Below, in pieces: positions 38,649 through 48,085 of a DNA stretch of 64,000 nucleotides. The stretch comes from an uncultured Verrucomicrobiae bacterium (GTDB taxonomy: Bacteria; Verrucomicrobiota; Verrucomicrobiia; Chthoniobacterales; Chthoniobacteraceae), in the NCBI GenBank assembly GCA_963836755.1, contig CAWIKF010000002.1, forward strand, positions 896,001 through 960,000, given 5' to 3'. Under the pieces are notes generated by a model, which saw only the letters and a list, made by a program, of their open reading frames with translations, did no database searches and was not told where the DNA came from. A program made the position numbers and the translations under genes. Within the stretch, counting starts at the first letter, position 1. Every line of letters begins with the position of its first letter.

Positions 38649-39380
38649 TCAAGCCAGGGCCGCCCAGACCCGATGAACGTCTTCGTGATCCTCGAGCGTT
38701 TGTAAAAACTCGCCCGCTTCCGTGCGATCCGCATCACTCAGCTCGACCAGATTTTTCGGAACGTAACCCAGTTCGCTCGTCACCACCGTCCACCCGTTTT
38801 GCCCGAGCCATTGTGAGACTGCGTGCAAATCAGTCCGCTCCGTGATGAATCGCGCGCCGGCAGCCGCGGACGGAATGTCCTCATTTTCCGCGTGCGCAAG
38901 CGGCTCTACATTTTGGGCGCCTGCCTCAATCGCGGCGGCTTCGATGTCAGCGCCGGCATCGGGATGATGCGCCTCCACGAGCCCGACGTGGTCGAAGAGA
39001 AACTTGTTGCTGCCCGGCGCGCCGAGCTGTCCTTTTTTAAAAAGCACGCGGATTTCCGGCGCCGTGCGGTTGTTGTTATCGGTGAGCACCTCCACGATCA
39101 CCGGCACTTTGTGCGGCGCGTAACCTTCAAAAACCACGTGCTCCATCACCAGTTTTTCGCCGCCGATGCCCGCCCCTTTTTTGATCGCGCGCTCGATCAC
39201 ATCGCGGCTCACACTCGCGCGGCGCCCTTTTTCAATTGCGGCAAAAAGGCGCGCATTGCCCGCGGGATCAGCGCCGCCGAGCTTTGCGGCGACCATGATT
39301 TCCTTCACTAGCTTGCCGACGACCTGGCCTTTTTTTAAGCCGGCGACTTCGCGTTTTGCCTGGAGCCATTGACGTCCCAT
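38649..39380 (-). CDS. yebC: YebC/PmpR family protein (copy 2, divergent)
   Basis: MGRQW, NARLFAA, IERAIKK, FEGYAP, TDNNNRT, DVHRVW. Confidence 0.88.
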   Translation of the reverse strand: MGRQWLQAKREVAGLKKGQVVGKLVKEIMVAAKLGGADPAGNARLFAAIEKGRRASVSRDVIERAIKKGAGIGGEKLVMEHVVFEGYAPHKVPVIVEVLTDNNNRTAPEIRVLFKKGQLGAPGSNKFLFDHVGLVEAHHPDAGADIEAAAIEAGAQNVEPLAHAENEDIPSAAAGARFITERTDLHAVSQWLGQNGWTVVTSELGYVPKNLVELSDADRTEAGEFLQTLEDHEDVHRVWAALA

Positions 39381-39512
39381 AAGTTTCAAAATCAGGAAAG
39401 CAGGAACGCGGGAAAAATGGAAACAGAGCTTTCAGTTTGCGCATGGCATTCCGATATCCGGGCTTTGCGCGCAGCGTTGCACGTGGCGCGCGAAGTCCGT
39501 TAGCCTGTGCGG

Positions 39513-40463
39513 ATGAAAGTTTTGGTCACTGGCGGCGCGGGTTTCATCGGCTCGCACTTTGTGGAATATCTTTTAAAGGACGGCCATCAGGTGGCGGTGG
39601 TCGATGAGTTCAACGATTTCTACGATCCGGAGATCAAGCGCGCGAATCTTGCGGCGGTGCGCGGGCAAATCGAGCTTCACGAGGCGGATATCCGCGACGC
39701 CGACAAAGTTTTAAACATCATGAAAAACGGCGACTTCGACAGCATCGTCCATCTCGCGGCGCGCGCGGGCGTGCGGCCGTCGATCAAGGAGCCGCGGCTT
39801 TACATCGAGACGAACATCATCGGCACCTACAACCTGCTCGAAGCCGCGCGGCAAGCGGGCATTGGCCGCTTCATCTGCGCGTCGAGCTCATCCGTTTACG
39901 GCGTTTTAACAACCGTGCCGTTCCGGGAAGACATGGCGCTGACCGCGACGATCTCGCCCTACGCCGCGACGAAGCTGGCCGCCGAGCAGATTTGCTCCAA
40001 TTTTTCGCACCTCTACGGCATGCGCACCATCAATCTGCGGTTCTTCACGGTCTATGGTCCGCGGCAGCGGCCCGACCTCGCGATCCACAAATTCACGAAG
40101 TTCATCCACGAGGGCAAAGCCATCGATCAATACGGCGACGGCTCCACGCGGCGAGACTACACTTACGTCGACGACATCGTGCAGGGGATGGCGGCGTGCC
40201 TCACTTACGAGGGCGAGTTGTGCGATGTTTTTAATCTTGGCGAAAGCCAGACAACGACGCTCTCGGAGCTGATCTCGCACATCGAAACCGCCCTCGGCAA
40301 AAAAGCGATAGTCAACCGGATGCCGGATCAGCCGGGCGACGTGCCGCTGACCTACGCCGACATCTCAAAATCGAAAAAACTTCTCGGCTACGCACCCTCC
40401 ACGAAGATCAAGGACGGCATCCCAAAGTTCGTGGAGTGGTATTTGGACAGCGCGAAAAAGTAG
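39513..40463 (+). CDS. NAD-dependent nucleotide-sugar epimerase (UDP-glucuronate 4-epimerase-like)
   Basis: TGGAGFIG, HLAARAGVR, SSSSVYG, YAATK, LRFFTVYGP.QRPD. Confidence 0.88.
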   Translation: MKVLVTGGAGFIGSHFVEYLLKDGHQVAVVDEFNDFYDPEIKRANLAAVRGQIELHEADIRDADKVLNIMKNGDFDSIVHLAARAGVRPSIKEPRLYIETNIIGTYNLLEAARQAGIGRFICASSSSVYGVLTTVPFREDMALTATISPYAATKLAAEQICSNFSHLYGMRTINLRFFTVYGPRQRPDLAIHKFTKFIHEGKAIDQYGDGSTRRDYTYVDDIVQGMAACLTYEGELCDVFNLGESQTTTLSELISHIETALGKKAIVNRMPDQPGDVPLTYADISKSKKLLGYAPSTKIKDGIPKFVEWYLDSAKK

Positions 40464-40485
40464 CTGGGAAACAGCCCGAAAATAC

Positions 40486-40548
40486 ATGCAATACACTTGC
40501 ATTTAGTATTTGACGCATCGGGATGCTTAACGCATGTCACTTGCGTTA
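40486..40548. promoter_or_regulatory. Two related palindromic operators (Fur/Zur-family-like) ahead of the TonB receptor
   Basis: ATGCAA-tacac-TTGCAT (40486-502) and TAACGCA-tgtcact-TGCGTTA (40528-548). Confidence 0.55.
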
Positions 40549-42722
40549 TGAAGTCAAAAAAATCCTGCCTGATTGTTTCGATGACCGTTTTGAACCTCGC
40601 CATTCTCGGCGAATCGCTCCGCGCACAGGACAGCACGCCGGCGGTAAATTCCTCGCGAAATTCCGCGCGAACGAAATTGGAAAAGCCGATTCTCGATGAA
40701 GATACTGGCGCGACCGAACTGCCGGAGGTCGATGTGGTCGCGAAGCTCGACGCGGCGCGCAACCAGATTTTGCCAAGCCTCGGCGCGACCGCTTATGACA
40801 TTCCGCGCGAGCAGATCGAGAGCCAGTCGGAGGGCCCAAACGCTCCTTTCAACCAGACTTTGCTGCGAGCGCCGGGCGTGGTGCAGGATTCTTTCGGCCA
40901 GCTGCATGTGCGAGGCGAGCACGCGAATTTGCAATATCGCATCAACGACGTGCTGCTGCCCGAGGGGATCACAGGCTTCGGCCCGGAACTCGACAGCCGC
41001 TTCATCGACAGCCTGCAATTGGTCGACGGGGCGCTGCCCGCGCAATACGGCTATCGCACGGCCGGCGTGGTGGACATCCATAGCAAAACAGGAGTTGCGT
41101 TGAACGGCGGGCAGGTCGGTGTCTATGGCGGGAGCTATGATACGATTCATCCGAGTCTGGAATACGGCGGCACGTCCGGCGCGTTGAGCTACTACTTTGA
41201 TCTCAACTATCTGCACAGCGATTTGGGAGTGGAGAATCCTACTTCCAGCGAACGGCCGCTGCATGATTACACGGACCAATACAAAGGTTTCGCCTACCTC
41301 TCCTATATCATCGATTCCAGCAGCAGACTTAGCTTCTTCGGCGGCACATCCTATTCGGACTTTCAAATTCCGGACAACCCTAACCAGCCCACAGGGTTCA
41401 TCGATCGCGGCAGGACTGATTTCAACTCCGCGCTATTGGATGAGAACCAGCATGAGAACAATGACTACGCGGTGCTGGCTTATCAAAAATCGGCTGGTGC
41501 TCTCGACTTCCAGGCAGCAGTTTTTGAAAGATACAGCGCGTTGTTGTTCACGCCTGATTCAACAGGTGACCTTCTCTTGAACGGCGTGGCGAGCCGCGTG
41601 GACCGGAGCATCATCACGCATGGGTTGGAAGTGGACGCGAGCTACAAGCTGACGAATGAACATACCTTGCGCGGAGGCATCCTGTTTACCTATTCGGGAC
41701 AGAAGTCTAACGATCCTACTTCTGTGTTTGCCACAGACTCCAGCGGTATGCAGATCAGCGATACTCCTTTCGTGGTCCAGCAGGAGTCTTATAAAGCCGG
41801 ACTTCTTTATGGCTTCTATCTGCAAGATGAGTGGAAGATCCTGCCGCCTCTCACCATAAACTTCGGCGGACGCTTCGACGTGGTCGATGAATATGACCAC
41901 GAGTCGCAACTGAGCCCTCGCGTGAACCTGACTCTCCAAGCCACGCGCAGCACAGTGTTGCACGCCGGCTACGCGAGATACTTCACTCCGCCACCGCTGG
42001 AAAATGTGCAAGCTGGCGACGTCAAGAAGTTTGCGAACACAACGAACGCGCCGGAAACTTTTCAGAACGATCCGGTAAAGGCCGAGCGCTCTAACTACTT
42101 TGACGCCGGCGTGACTCAAACCATTCCCGGCGGTTTCCAAGTAGGATTGGATGGTTACTATAAGTCTTCTCAAAACCAGCTTGATGACGGGCAGTTCGGA
42201 TCAGCTCTCGTCGTGTCTCCATTCAACTATCGCAAAGGCGAGATCTATGGAATTGAACTGACGACCACCTATACGCACAAAGGTTTCTCGGCTTATGGAA
42301 ACTTTGCCTTCTCGCGGGCAAAGGGGGAAGATATTGACTCAGCACAGTTTCTCTTCGGCCAGGATGAGCTGGCCTATATCAAGAACCATTACATTTTCCT
42401 CGATCATGATGAAACATTCGCGGCTTCCGCTGGTGCATCCTACTCTTGGGATAATACAAGGCTTTACGCCGACTTGATCTATGGCAGCGGCTTACGGCAA
42501 GGCTTTGCAAATACACAACGGCTGGAGGCTTATTGTCCGTTGAACCTGGGCATCGAACAAAAGATTAAGATGACCGCATTTGGCGCCTTTAAGCTCCGTT
42601 TCGATGTTGTGAACATCTTTGACCAGAGCTACGAAATTCGTAGCGGCTCGGGAGTCGGCGTCGGCGCGCCGCAGTTTGGGCAACGACGCGGCTTCTATGG
42701 CGGCGCAAGTTTTGAGTTTTAA
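40548..42722 (+). CDS. TonB-dependent outer-membrane receptor
   Basis: Signal peptide; TonB-box-like EVDVVA; plug (APGV..HVRG..INDV); SPRVNL; NIFD; C-terminal FEF. Confidence 0.9.
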   Translation: MKSKKSCLIVSMTVLNLAILGESLRAQDSTPAVNSSRNSARTKLEKPILDEDTGATELPEVDVVAKLDAARNQILPSLGATAYDIPREQIESQSEGPNAPFNQTLLRAPGVVQDSFGQLHVRGEHANLQYRINDVLLPEGITGFGPELDSRFIDSLQLVDGALPAQYGYRTAGVVDIHSKTGVALNGGQVGVYGGSYDTIHPSLEYGGTSGALSYYFDLNYLHSDLGVENPTSSERPLHDYTDQYKGFAYLSYIIDSSSRLSFFGGTSYSDFQIPDNPNQPTGFIDRGRTDFNSALLDENQHENNDYAVLAYQKSAGALDFQAAVFERYSALLFTPDSTGDLLLNGVASRVDRSIITHGLEVDASYKLTNEHTLRGGILFTYSGQKSNDPTSVFATDSSGMQISDTPFVVQQESYKAGLLYGFYLQDEWKILPPLTINFGGRFDVVDEYDHESQLSPRVNLTLQATRSTVLHAGYARYFTPPPLENVQAGDVKKFANTTNAPETFQNDPVKAERSNYFDAGVTQTIPGGFQVGLDGYYKSSQNQLDDGQFGSALVVSPFNYRKGEIYGIELTTTYTHKGFSAYGNFAFSRAKGEDIDSAQFLFGQDELAYIKNHYIFLDHDETFAASAGASYSWDNTRLYADLIYGSGLRQGFANTQRLEAYCPLNLGIEQKIKMTAFGAFKLRFDVVNIFDQSYEIRSGSGVGVGAPQFGQRRGFYGGASFEF

Positions 42723-42733
42723 AGCACGCGTCC

Positions 42734-43357
42734 ATGTTGCAAATTTTTCGTGAAGGCGGGCCCGTGATGTGGCCGCTGCTCGTGACTTCGCTGGCTGCAT
42801 TGACAGTGGTTTTCGAGCGGTTGTTTTTCATCGTTCGCATTAAATTCAGCCGCGATTCCAAAGCCGTCGCACAGATTTTTGAAGAAGTCGGACGCAATAA
42901 ATTGGCGGAGGCACAAGCGGCGGGCGAGCGCTCGCGCGACTTCGTGGCGCGCGTGCTCACCCACGCGCTCGAGCATCGCGACATCTCGTTTTCCAATGCG
43001 CTGCTGCAGGCCTCGAGCATTGAATTGCAGCGCTTCAATCGCAGGATTTCCGTGCTGGACACGACGGTGACGCTCGCGCCGCTGCTCGGACTTTTCGGAA
43101 CCGTGACCGGGATGATTCATGCCTTCGGGCTGCTGGGCCCGAATGAACTGAGCGCGCCGACGGCGATCACAGGCGGCATCGCGCAGGCACTCATCGCGAC
43201 TGCGTTTGGGTTGCTCATCGCGATGATTTCGCTGCTGCCTTTCAATTATTTAAACAGTCGTTTGGAACTGGCGAGGCAGGAGATCGAGACGGCGGCGGCG
43301 CAATTGGAAATGATGCTGCTGAAAAATAAAAATTCAGCCACGGATGAACGGGAATGA
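42734..43357 (+). CDS. exbB: MotA/TolQ/ExbB proton channel
   Basis: GGPVMWPL, APLLGLFGTVTGMI, GIAQALIATAFGL. Confidence 0.9.
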   Translation: MLQIFREGGPVMWPLLVTSLAALTVVFERLFFIVRIKFSRDSKAVAQIFEEVGRNKLAEAQAAGERSRDFVARVLTHALEHRDISFSNALLQASSIELQRFNRRISVLDTTVTLAPLLGLFGTVTGMIHAFGLLGPNELSAPTAITGGIAQALIATAFGLLIAMISLLPFNYLNSRLELARQEIETAAAQLEMMLLKNKNSATDERE

Positions 43358-43415
43358 AACACAGATGACGCATTTGAATTCCAAAAAATCCGCGAGCAGC
43401 CGTGTCCATCGGCGG
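43338..43415. repeat. Degenerate REP-like inverted repeat at the exbB/exbD junction
   Basis: ccacggatgaac..acacagat / atccgcg..gtccatcggcgg imperfect arms. Confidence 0.4.
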
Positions 43416-43426
43416 TCCAAAAATCC

Positions 43427-43849
43427 ATGACGCCGATTCCTTCTCCGCGCAGCAAGCGTCGCGCGCGGATCGAGATCATCCCGCTGATCGACATCATTTT
43501 TTTCCTGCTCGCGACCTTTGTGATGGTGTCGCTCTCGATGGTGAAAAATCGCGGCATTGCGGTAAATCTTCCCGCTGCCGCGACGGGCGCGCCGCAGGAG
43601 CATACCGAGTCGGCGACGATCTCGATCCGCGCGGACGGCACGCTTTTTTTCAACAAGCAAGCAGTGGATGAAATTCAGCTCGAAGCCGCGCTGCAGCAGC
43701 TTTTGCGGGAAAACAGCGACCCGCGCATTTATATTCGCGGCGACACCAAAGCGGCATTCGGCAACGCAATCGCGGCGCTGGACGCGGTGCGCAAACTCGG
43801 AATTACGAAAGTCGCGATCGAGACGCAGCCGCCGAACAATCAGCCGTGA
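43427..43849 (+). CDS. exbD: Biopolymer transport protein ExbD
   Basis: IEIIPLIDIIFFLLATFVMV, VNLP, IRGD. Confidence 0.92.
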   Translation: MTPIPSPRSKRRARIEIIPLIDIIFFLLATFVMVSLSMVKNRGIAVNLPAAATGAPQEHTESATISIRADGTLFFNKQAVDEIQLEAALQQLLRENSDPRIYIRGDTKAAFGNAIAALDAVRKLGITKVAIETQPPNNQP

Positions 43850-44538
43850 AAGCGGAGACGGCCGCTGGCTTCGCAGCCGCGGTGATTTGTCATCTGCTGC
43901 TGCTGTTTGGTTTTCGCATCAGCACGCAGCCGCGTCCGCTCGCGATCAGCGAAGACGCTTCGCCCGTGAATGTGCAACTCGTCCAGGCTGCGCCGGAAAC
44001 AGCCGTCGCGCAACCGAAGGCGACCCCAGCGCCTACGCCTTTGCCCGAACCGACGCCGCCGCCCGAACCGCCGCCGACGGAACCAACTCCGCCGCCAGAG
44101 CCAGAGGCAACTCCCGTTGAAAAAGAAAAACCGGTGCCCGCGCCCGAACCTCGCGAAAAAGTTCATCCCGAGCGGCGGTCTGCTGCGACGCGAACGCGCG
44201 TCGAGTCAACGGCCGCAAAAACGGCGACTGCGCATGCAGGCGCGCGATCCGGCGTCAGCACCGATGCGCGGCCGCGATATCGCAGCAATCCAAAGCCGGA
44301 TTATCCGGCTGAGGCGCGATGGCAACATCAGGAAGGCGTCGTGCTGCTGAGTGTCGAGGTGAGCGCTGAGGGACGCGCGGTCGCGGTTTCGCTGAAGCGC
44401 AGCAGCGGCTTTCCGCTCCTCGATGACGCCGCTTTGCAGTCGGTGCGCCGCTGGACATTCGAGCCAGCGCGCGCGGCGGGTCTGCCGGTCGCGAGCCGTG
44501 TCGATGTGCCAGTGCGTTTTTCTTTGTCGGCGCGCTAG
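43846..44538 (+). CDS. tonB: Energy transducer TonB
   Basis: TM anchor with His; Pro/Glu-rich linker; YP..AR..EGVV..SSG..LD..A..W.F.PA. Confidence 0.9.
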   Translation: MKAETAAGFAAAVICHLLLLFGFRISTQPRPLAISEDASPVNVQLVQAAPETAVAQPKATPAPTPLPEPTPPPEPPPTEPTPPPEPEATPVEKEKPVPAPEPREKVHPERRSAATRTRVESTAAKTATAHAGARSGVSTDARPRYRSNPKPDYPAEARWQHQEGVVLLSVEVSAEGRAVAVSLKRSSGFPLLDDAALQSVRRWTFEPARAAGLPVASRVDVPVRFSLSAR

Positions 44539-44700
44539 GCCTGCGCATTTCGTCAAACTGTCACGCGGAAAAATTTGCAGTCGCTGGCAAAGCCGCTCAA
44601 ATGAGCTGAGCGACATGATGGAACCCACGCTGCCCGATTCCGGCAAACTCCGCGCTGCGCGTGAACGTCCTGCCGTGGCCGCTGGTCAAAGGAACGCCGC

Positions 44701-45660
44701 ATGAGTTGGTTCACTTTTCGGTTTTCCGATTTCGCATTTTCTTTTCTCAGCATTTTGTTCGAAGGCATTCCGTTTTTGCTGCTCGGCTCGCTGCTTTCCG
44801 GCGCCATCGACGCGTTCGTGCCGGCGCGTTTGCTGACGAAATTTTTGCCGAAAAATCCCAACGCTGCCATCCTGCTCAGCGGATTGCTCGGCGCGATTTT
44901 TCCGATGTGCGAATGCGGCAGCGTGGTCGTGATTCGGCGTTTCATTCGCAAAGGACTGCCGGTTTCGTGCGCGGTGACTTACATGCTCGGCGCGCCGATT
45001 GTGAGCCCGATCGTGGCGCTGAGCACGCTCGCGGCATTTCGCGGGCAGAGCCCGGTGGTGATGACTTCGCTGCGCTTGTTTCTCGGTTTTTGCGTGGCCG
45101 TGCTCGTCGGATTCGTCGTCCGTTTCATTCCTCACGAAAAACTTTTGCAGCGCCAGGTGATCGAAAGTTTGCCGGAGCGGCGGCGCGCGGCGTTCCGCAT
45201 TGCAGCAGGCTCCGGCGGCGATGCGCCGCTCGATCTCGATGAGGAAAATGGGTTCAAGCAAAAAACTTTTCGCGCGTTGCAGGCGGCTTCGGCGGATTTT
45301 CTCGACGTCGCTTTTTTCTTTGTCATCGGCGCGTCAATCGCCGCGACTTTCAACACAGCAGTCAACCAACAAATCATCCTGCCGCTCGCGACGAACTCGC
45401 TGCTTTCCATCGTCGCGATGATGGTGCTCTCGTTCACGCTCGCGCTTTGCAGCAGCACGGACGCGTTCATCGCGGCGAGTTTTGTGGCGTTTCCGTTTGC
45501 GGCGAAACTGGCGTTTCTGGTCTTCGGTCCGGTGTTCGACGTGAAGCTGTTTTTCCTCTACGGAATTATTTTCCGGCGCTGGTTTGTTGTCAGCCTGCTC
45601 ATTGGACTTTTCATCTTCATCGCCGTAATTTGCACGCGGATCGCCGTCTTGAAATTATGA
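44701..45660 (+). CDS. DUF318-type predicted permease (YcgR-like)
   Basis: EGIPFLLLG, FPMCECG, LCSSTDAFIAA, FGPVFDVK. Confidence 0.85.
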   Translation: MSWFTFRFSDFAFSFLSILFEGIPFLLLGSLLSGAIDAFVPARLLTKFLPKNPNAAILLSGLLGAIFPMCECGSVVVIRRFIRKGLPVSCAVTYMLGAPIVSPIVALSTLAAFRGQSPVVMTSLRLFLGFCVAVLVGFVVRFIPHEKLLQRQVIESLPERRRAAFRIAAGSGGDAPLDLDEENGFKQKTFRALQAASADFLDVAFFFVIGASIAATFNTAVNQQIILPLATNSLLSIVAMMVLSFTLALCSSTDAFIAASFVAFPFAAKLAFLVFGPVFDVKLFFLYGIIFRRWFVVSLLIGLFIFIAVICTRIAVLKL

Positions 45661-46493
45661 CGAAAATTTTCAATCGCTGGCTGCCATGCGCGACGCTTTT
45701 CGCGTGGAGCGCCATTTTGCTCGCGTTTTATTTCAGCGGGCGGATCGCCTCATTTTTGCATCCAACTTTTCGCCCCGGCGTGCTGCTGGCTGGCTGCGCA
45801 ATGCTCGTGCTCGCGGCGTCGTTCGCATTTTTGCCGGGCGTCGCCGCTTGCTGCGATGAGGAAAATTGCGGGCATCCGTTCGGACGGATGACATTTGGCC
45901 GCGTGCTCACGTTTTTGATTTTGCTGCTGCCCATTGGGACCGCCGCTTTTTTTTCACCGACGAATTTCGGCGCGACGACGATCGAAAATCGCGGCGTCAT
46001 CACGGATGCAAAAAGTCTCGTCAGCCGCACTCCGCAGTCCGTTTACGCAGAGCCGGCAATGCCGACCAAAAGCGGCGCGCCAGCGGCGCCGGAGCAGGCG
46101 GCAGCCGCATCGGATTTGCTGCCGAAGAGCAAGGACGGCAACGTGAAGGTGGAGGTGATCGACCTTTTATACGCAGCTCAGGATCCAACGCTGCGTCTGG
46201 ATTTTGAGAACAAAAAAGTCGAGCTGATCGGCCAGCTGATGCCGGACAATGTCAGCAACGCGAGCGGCAATCGCTTTAAGTTGGTGCGGATGCTGATGGT
46301 TTGCTGCGCGGCCGATGCGCGACCGGTAGCGGCACTGATTGAGAGCAAGAAAAAGCCGGATGCAGCGGAGATGGGCTGGATCAAAGTCGTCGGCACTGCG
46401 ACTTTTCCGTTTGAAAGCGGTCGACCGATTGCGGTCGTGAAGGCCGATTCCGTCGTGCCTGTCGATCCTCCACAGGAGACGATGCTTTACTGA
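45657..46493 (+). CDS. DUF1980/TIGR03943 family membrane protein (YcgQ-like)
   Basis: FLHP, CCDEENCGH, CCAADA, WIKVVG; ATGA-coupled to the permease. Confidence 0.8.
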   Translation: MTKIFNRWLPCATLFAWSAILLAFYFSGRIASFLHPTFRPGVLLAGCAMLVLAASFAFLPGVAACCDEENCGHPFGRMTFGRVLTFLILLLPIGTAAFFSPTNFGATTIENRGVITDAKSLVSRTPQSVYAEPAMPTKSGAPAAPEQAAAASDLLPKSKDGNVKVEVIDLLYAAQDPTLRLDFENKKVELIGQLMPDNVSNASGNRFKLVRMLMVCCAADARPVAALIESKKKPDAAEMGWIKVVGTATFPFESGRPIAVVKADSVVPVDPPQETMLY

Positions 46494-47087
46494 CTAGTGG
46501 TCGGGAGTCTCGGGCGGGGTCACATTACCCGTCGTCGGGTTGCTCCCAGCCGAGCCGGACTGAGTCAGGAAAACGTCCGGGGAATTCGTCGTGGTCGCAG
46601 TCGTCAAACCGAAGGGAACGTTGCTTCCGCCGCCACCGCCGTTCGTGGTGAAGAGAATCTCCGCGATTTGAGTGGCATTGCCTTCAGCGATTGGCGGGAG
46701 ATTGGGATGTTCGGCAGACCAGCGAAGTGCGCGCATCAGTTTCCTGTTCAAATCTGCATTCAAGGTCGGGTCGGCCTCCATGCTGGCGTGCACGATAAGG
46801 ACGACCGCGTCAGGATTCACTACGCCATCCGGCGAAACCGCCGGCGCACGCACCGCGACCCGCACAAGCTCCTGAGCGACGTCGACTGGGACATCGTGAT
46901 TTTTTAAAGCCGCATAAACGGCCGCTGCCAGTTGCTTTACAGTCGCATGGGCGATCGTCACATGCTTCGGCAAAGCTCCTTGTAGCAACGCGGTCGCTTG
47001 TTCCGTGGTAGTCGCGGCATGGACCGGAATGAGGTTCGCCAAAAGCATCAGGCAGACGAAAAGACAGTTTTGTTTAATTTGTCGCAT
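46494..47087 (-). CDS. Secreted hypothetical protein with a Gly/Thr/Ser/Pro-rich tail
   Basis: Signal peptide ending VHA-A; fills the gap between flanking genes. Confidence 0.6.
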   Translation of the reverse strand: MRQIKQNCLFVCLMLLANLIPVHAATTTEQATALLQGALPKHVTIAHATVKQLAAAVYAALKNHDVPVDVAQELVRVAVRAPAVSPDGVVNPDAVVLIVHASMEADPTLNADLNRKLMRALRWSAEHPNLPPIAEGNATQIAEILFTTNGGGGGSNVPFGLTTATTTNSPDVFLTQSGSAGSNPTTGNVTPPETPDH

Positions 47088-47194
47088 AAATTTGAAGGTG
47101 GAGGCCCAGCACGACCCGAGGTCGCGCGCGAGTGAAATCTTTCATGTTTGCCCCGAAAAGCAAGCTCTTTTTCCGCACAGCTGGTTCACGCGGA

Positions 47195-48085
47195 TCAAAA
47201 TCGGCGGATGAAATTCTGCACGCGCTTTGCGAATTTTCTGCGCACCTCCACGAACACTCCTCCGCGCCTTCTCCATGCCCGTTTGCGCGCCGTGTTCGCG
47301 GTTTGCTTCCCTTCATTCCACGAAAAATCCGGATGATTCCGCGGATTGCCGGTCGGCGGCACTTGCAACCCGATGATGTAAGCGAGCCGCTCCTCGCTCG
47401 ACTGGTTGGGCCCCGCGTGGTGCAGCGTCCGGCAATGGTGCACGCTCGCGGCGCCGAGCGGCAGCGGACAGCAGACAGCCTTCGTCTCCTCGATCTCCGC
47501 CGCGCATTCCAACGTGTGCACACGCACGTTCCCTTCGGGCGAGCGGTGAGGCAGCACAGGTGCCGTGTGGGTTTTCGGTAAAAATTCCATGCAGCCGTTC
47601 AGCGGACCGACCGGCTGGAGCGGCATCCAGATGCTGATTTCCTGATAGCCGGGCGGATAGTCGCGGCGAAATGCTTCGTCCTGATGCCACGGCGTAGGCG
47701 CACCGTAACCGGCTGGTTTCAAAATAGCGTGCTGAAAATTCAGCTCCGCGCGCGGCCCGAGCAAATGCCGGGCGATCGCGAGGCAATTGACGCTGAAGAG
47801 TGTCTCCGTTAATTCCGGCGCGAAAAATTGCGGATTGATGATCTGCGGCGAACGCGCAGGCGCATCGTCGTCATCGGTGCCGACCATGTCGAATTGCGCG
47901 CCTTGCTCGCGACCGACTTTTTCCGCGAACAAATGGCGGAAAATCTGACGCAATTGCGCGATCTCTTCTTCGGTCGTGATCGGGTTCACCACGAGAAAAC
48001 CGTTTTCGTGAAACGATTGCACGTCCGCTTCAGAAAGCTGCACGGTCGGCTGTCGCGAAATTTTCCTGGAGAGCAAAGGCTTCAT
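47195..48085 (-). CDS. Phytanoyl-CoA dioxygenase (PhyH) family Fe/2OG enzyme
   Basis: FHENGF, TPWHQD, WMPL, NGCMEFLP, TLHHAGPN..R. Confidence 0.85.
   Translation of the reverse strand: MKPLLSRKISRQPTVQLSEADVQSFHENGFLVVNPITTEEEIAQLRQIFRHLFAEKVGREQGAQFDMVGTDDDDAPARSPQIINPQFFAPELTETLFSVNCLAIARHLLGPRAELNFQHAILKPAGYGAPTPWHQDEAFRRDYPPGYQEISIWMPLQPVGPLNGCMEFLPKTHTAPVLPHRSPEGNVRVHTLECAAEIEETKAVCCPLPLGAASVHHCRTLHHAGPNQSSEERLAYIIGLQVPPTGNPRNHPDFSWNEGKQTANTARKRAWRRRGGVFVEVRRKFAKRVQNFIRRF

Noticed and set aside
40464..40547. Cobalamin or TPP riboswitch before the TonB receptor
   Set aside because: Gap too short and lacks the conserved motifs; palindromes fit protein operators better
44020..44150. Short repeats inside tonB
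   Set aside because: Encode the normal Pro/Glu-rich periplasmic linker
44615..44704. 29-aa ORF coupled to the permease start
   Set aside because: ATGA overlap only; no RBS or motif to support it
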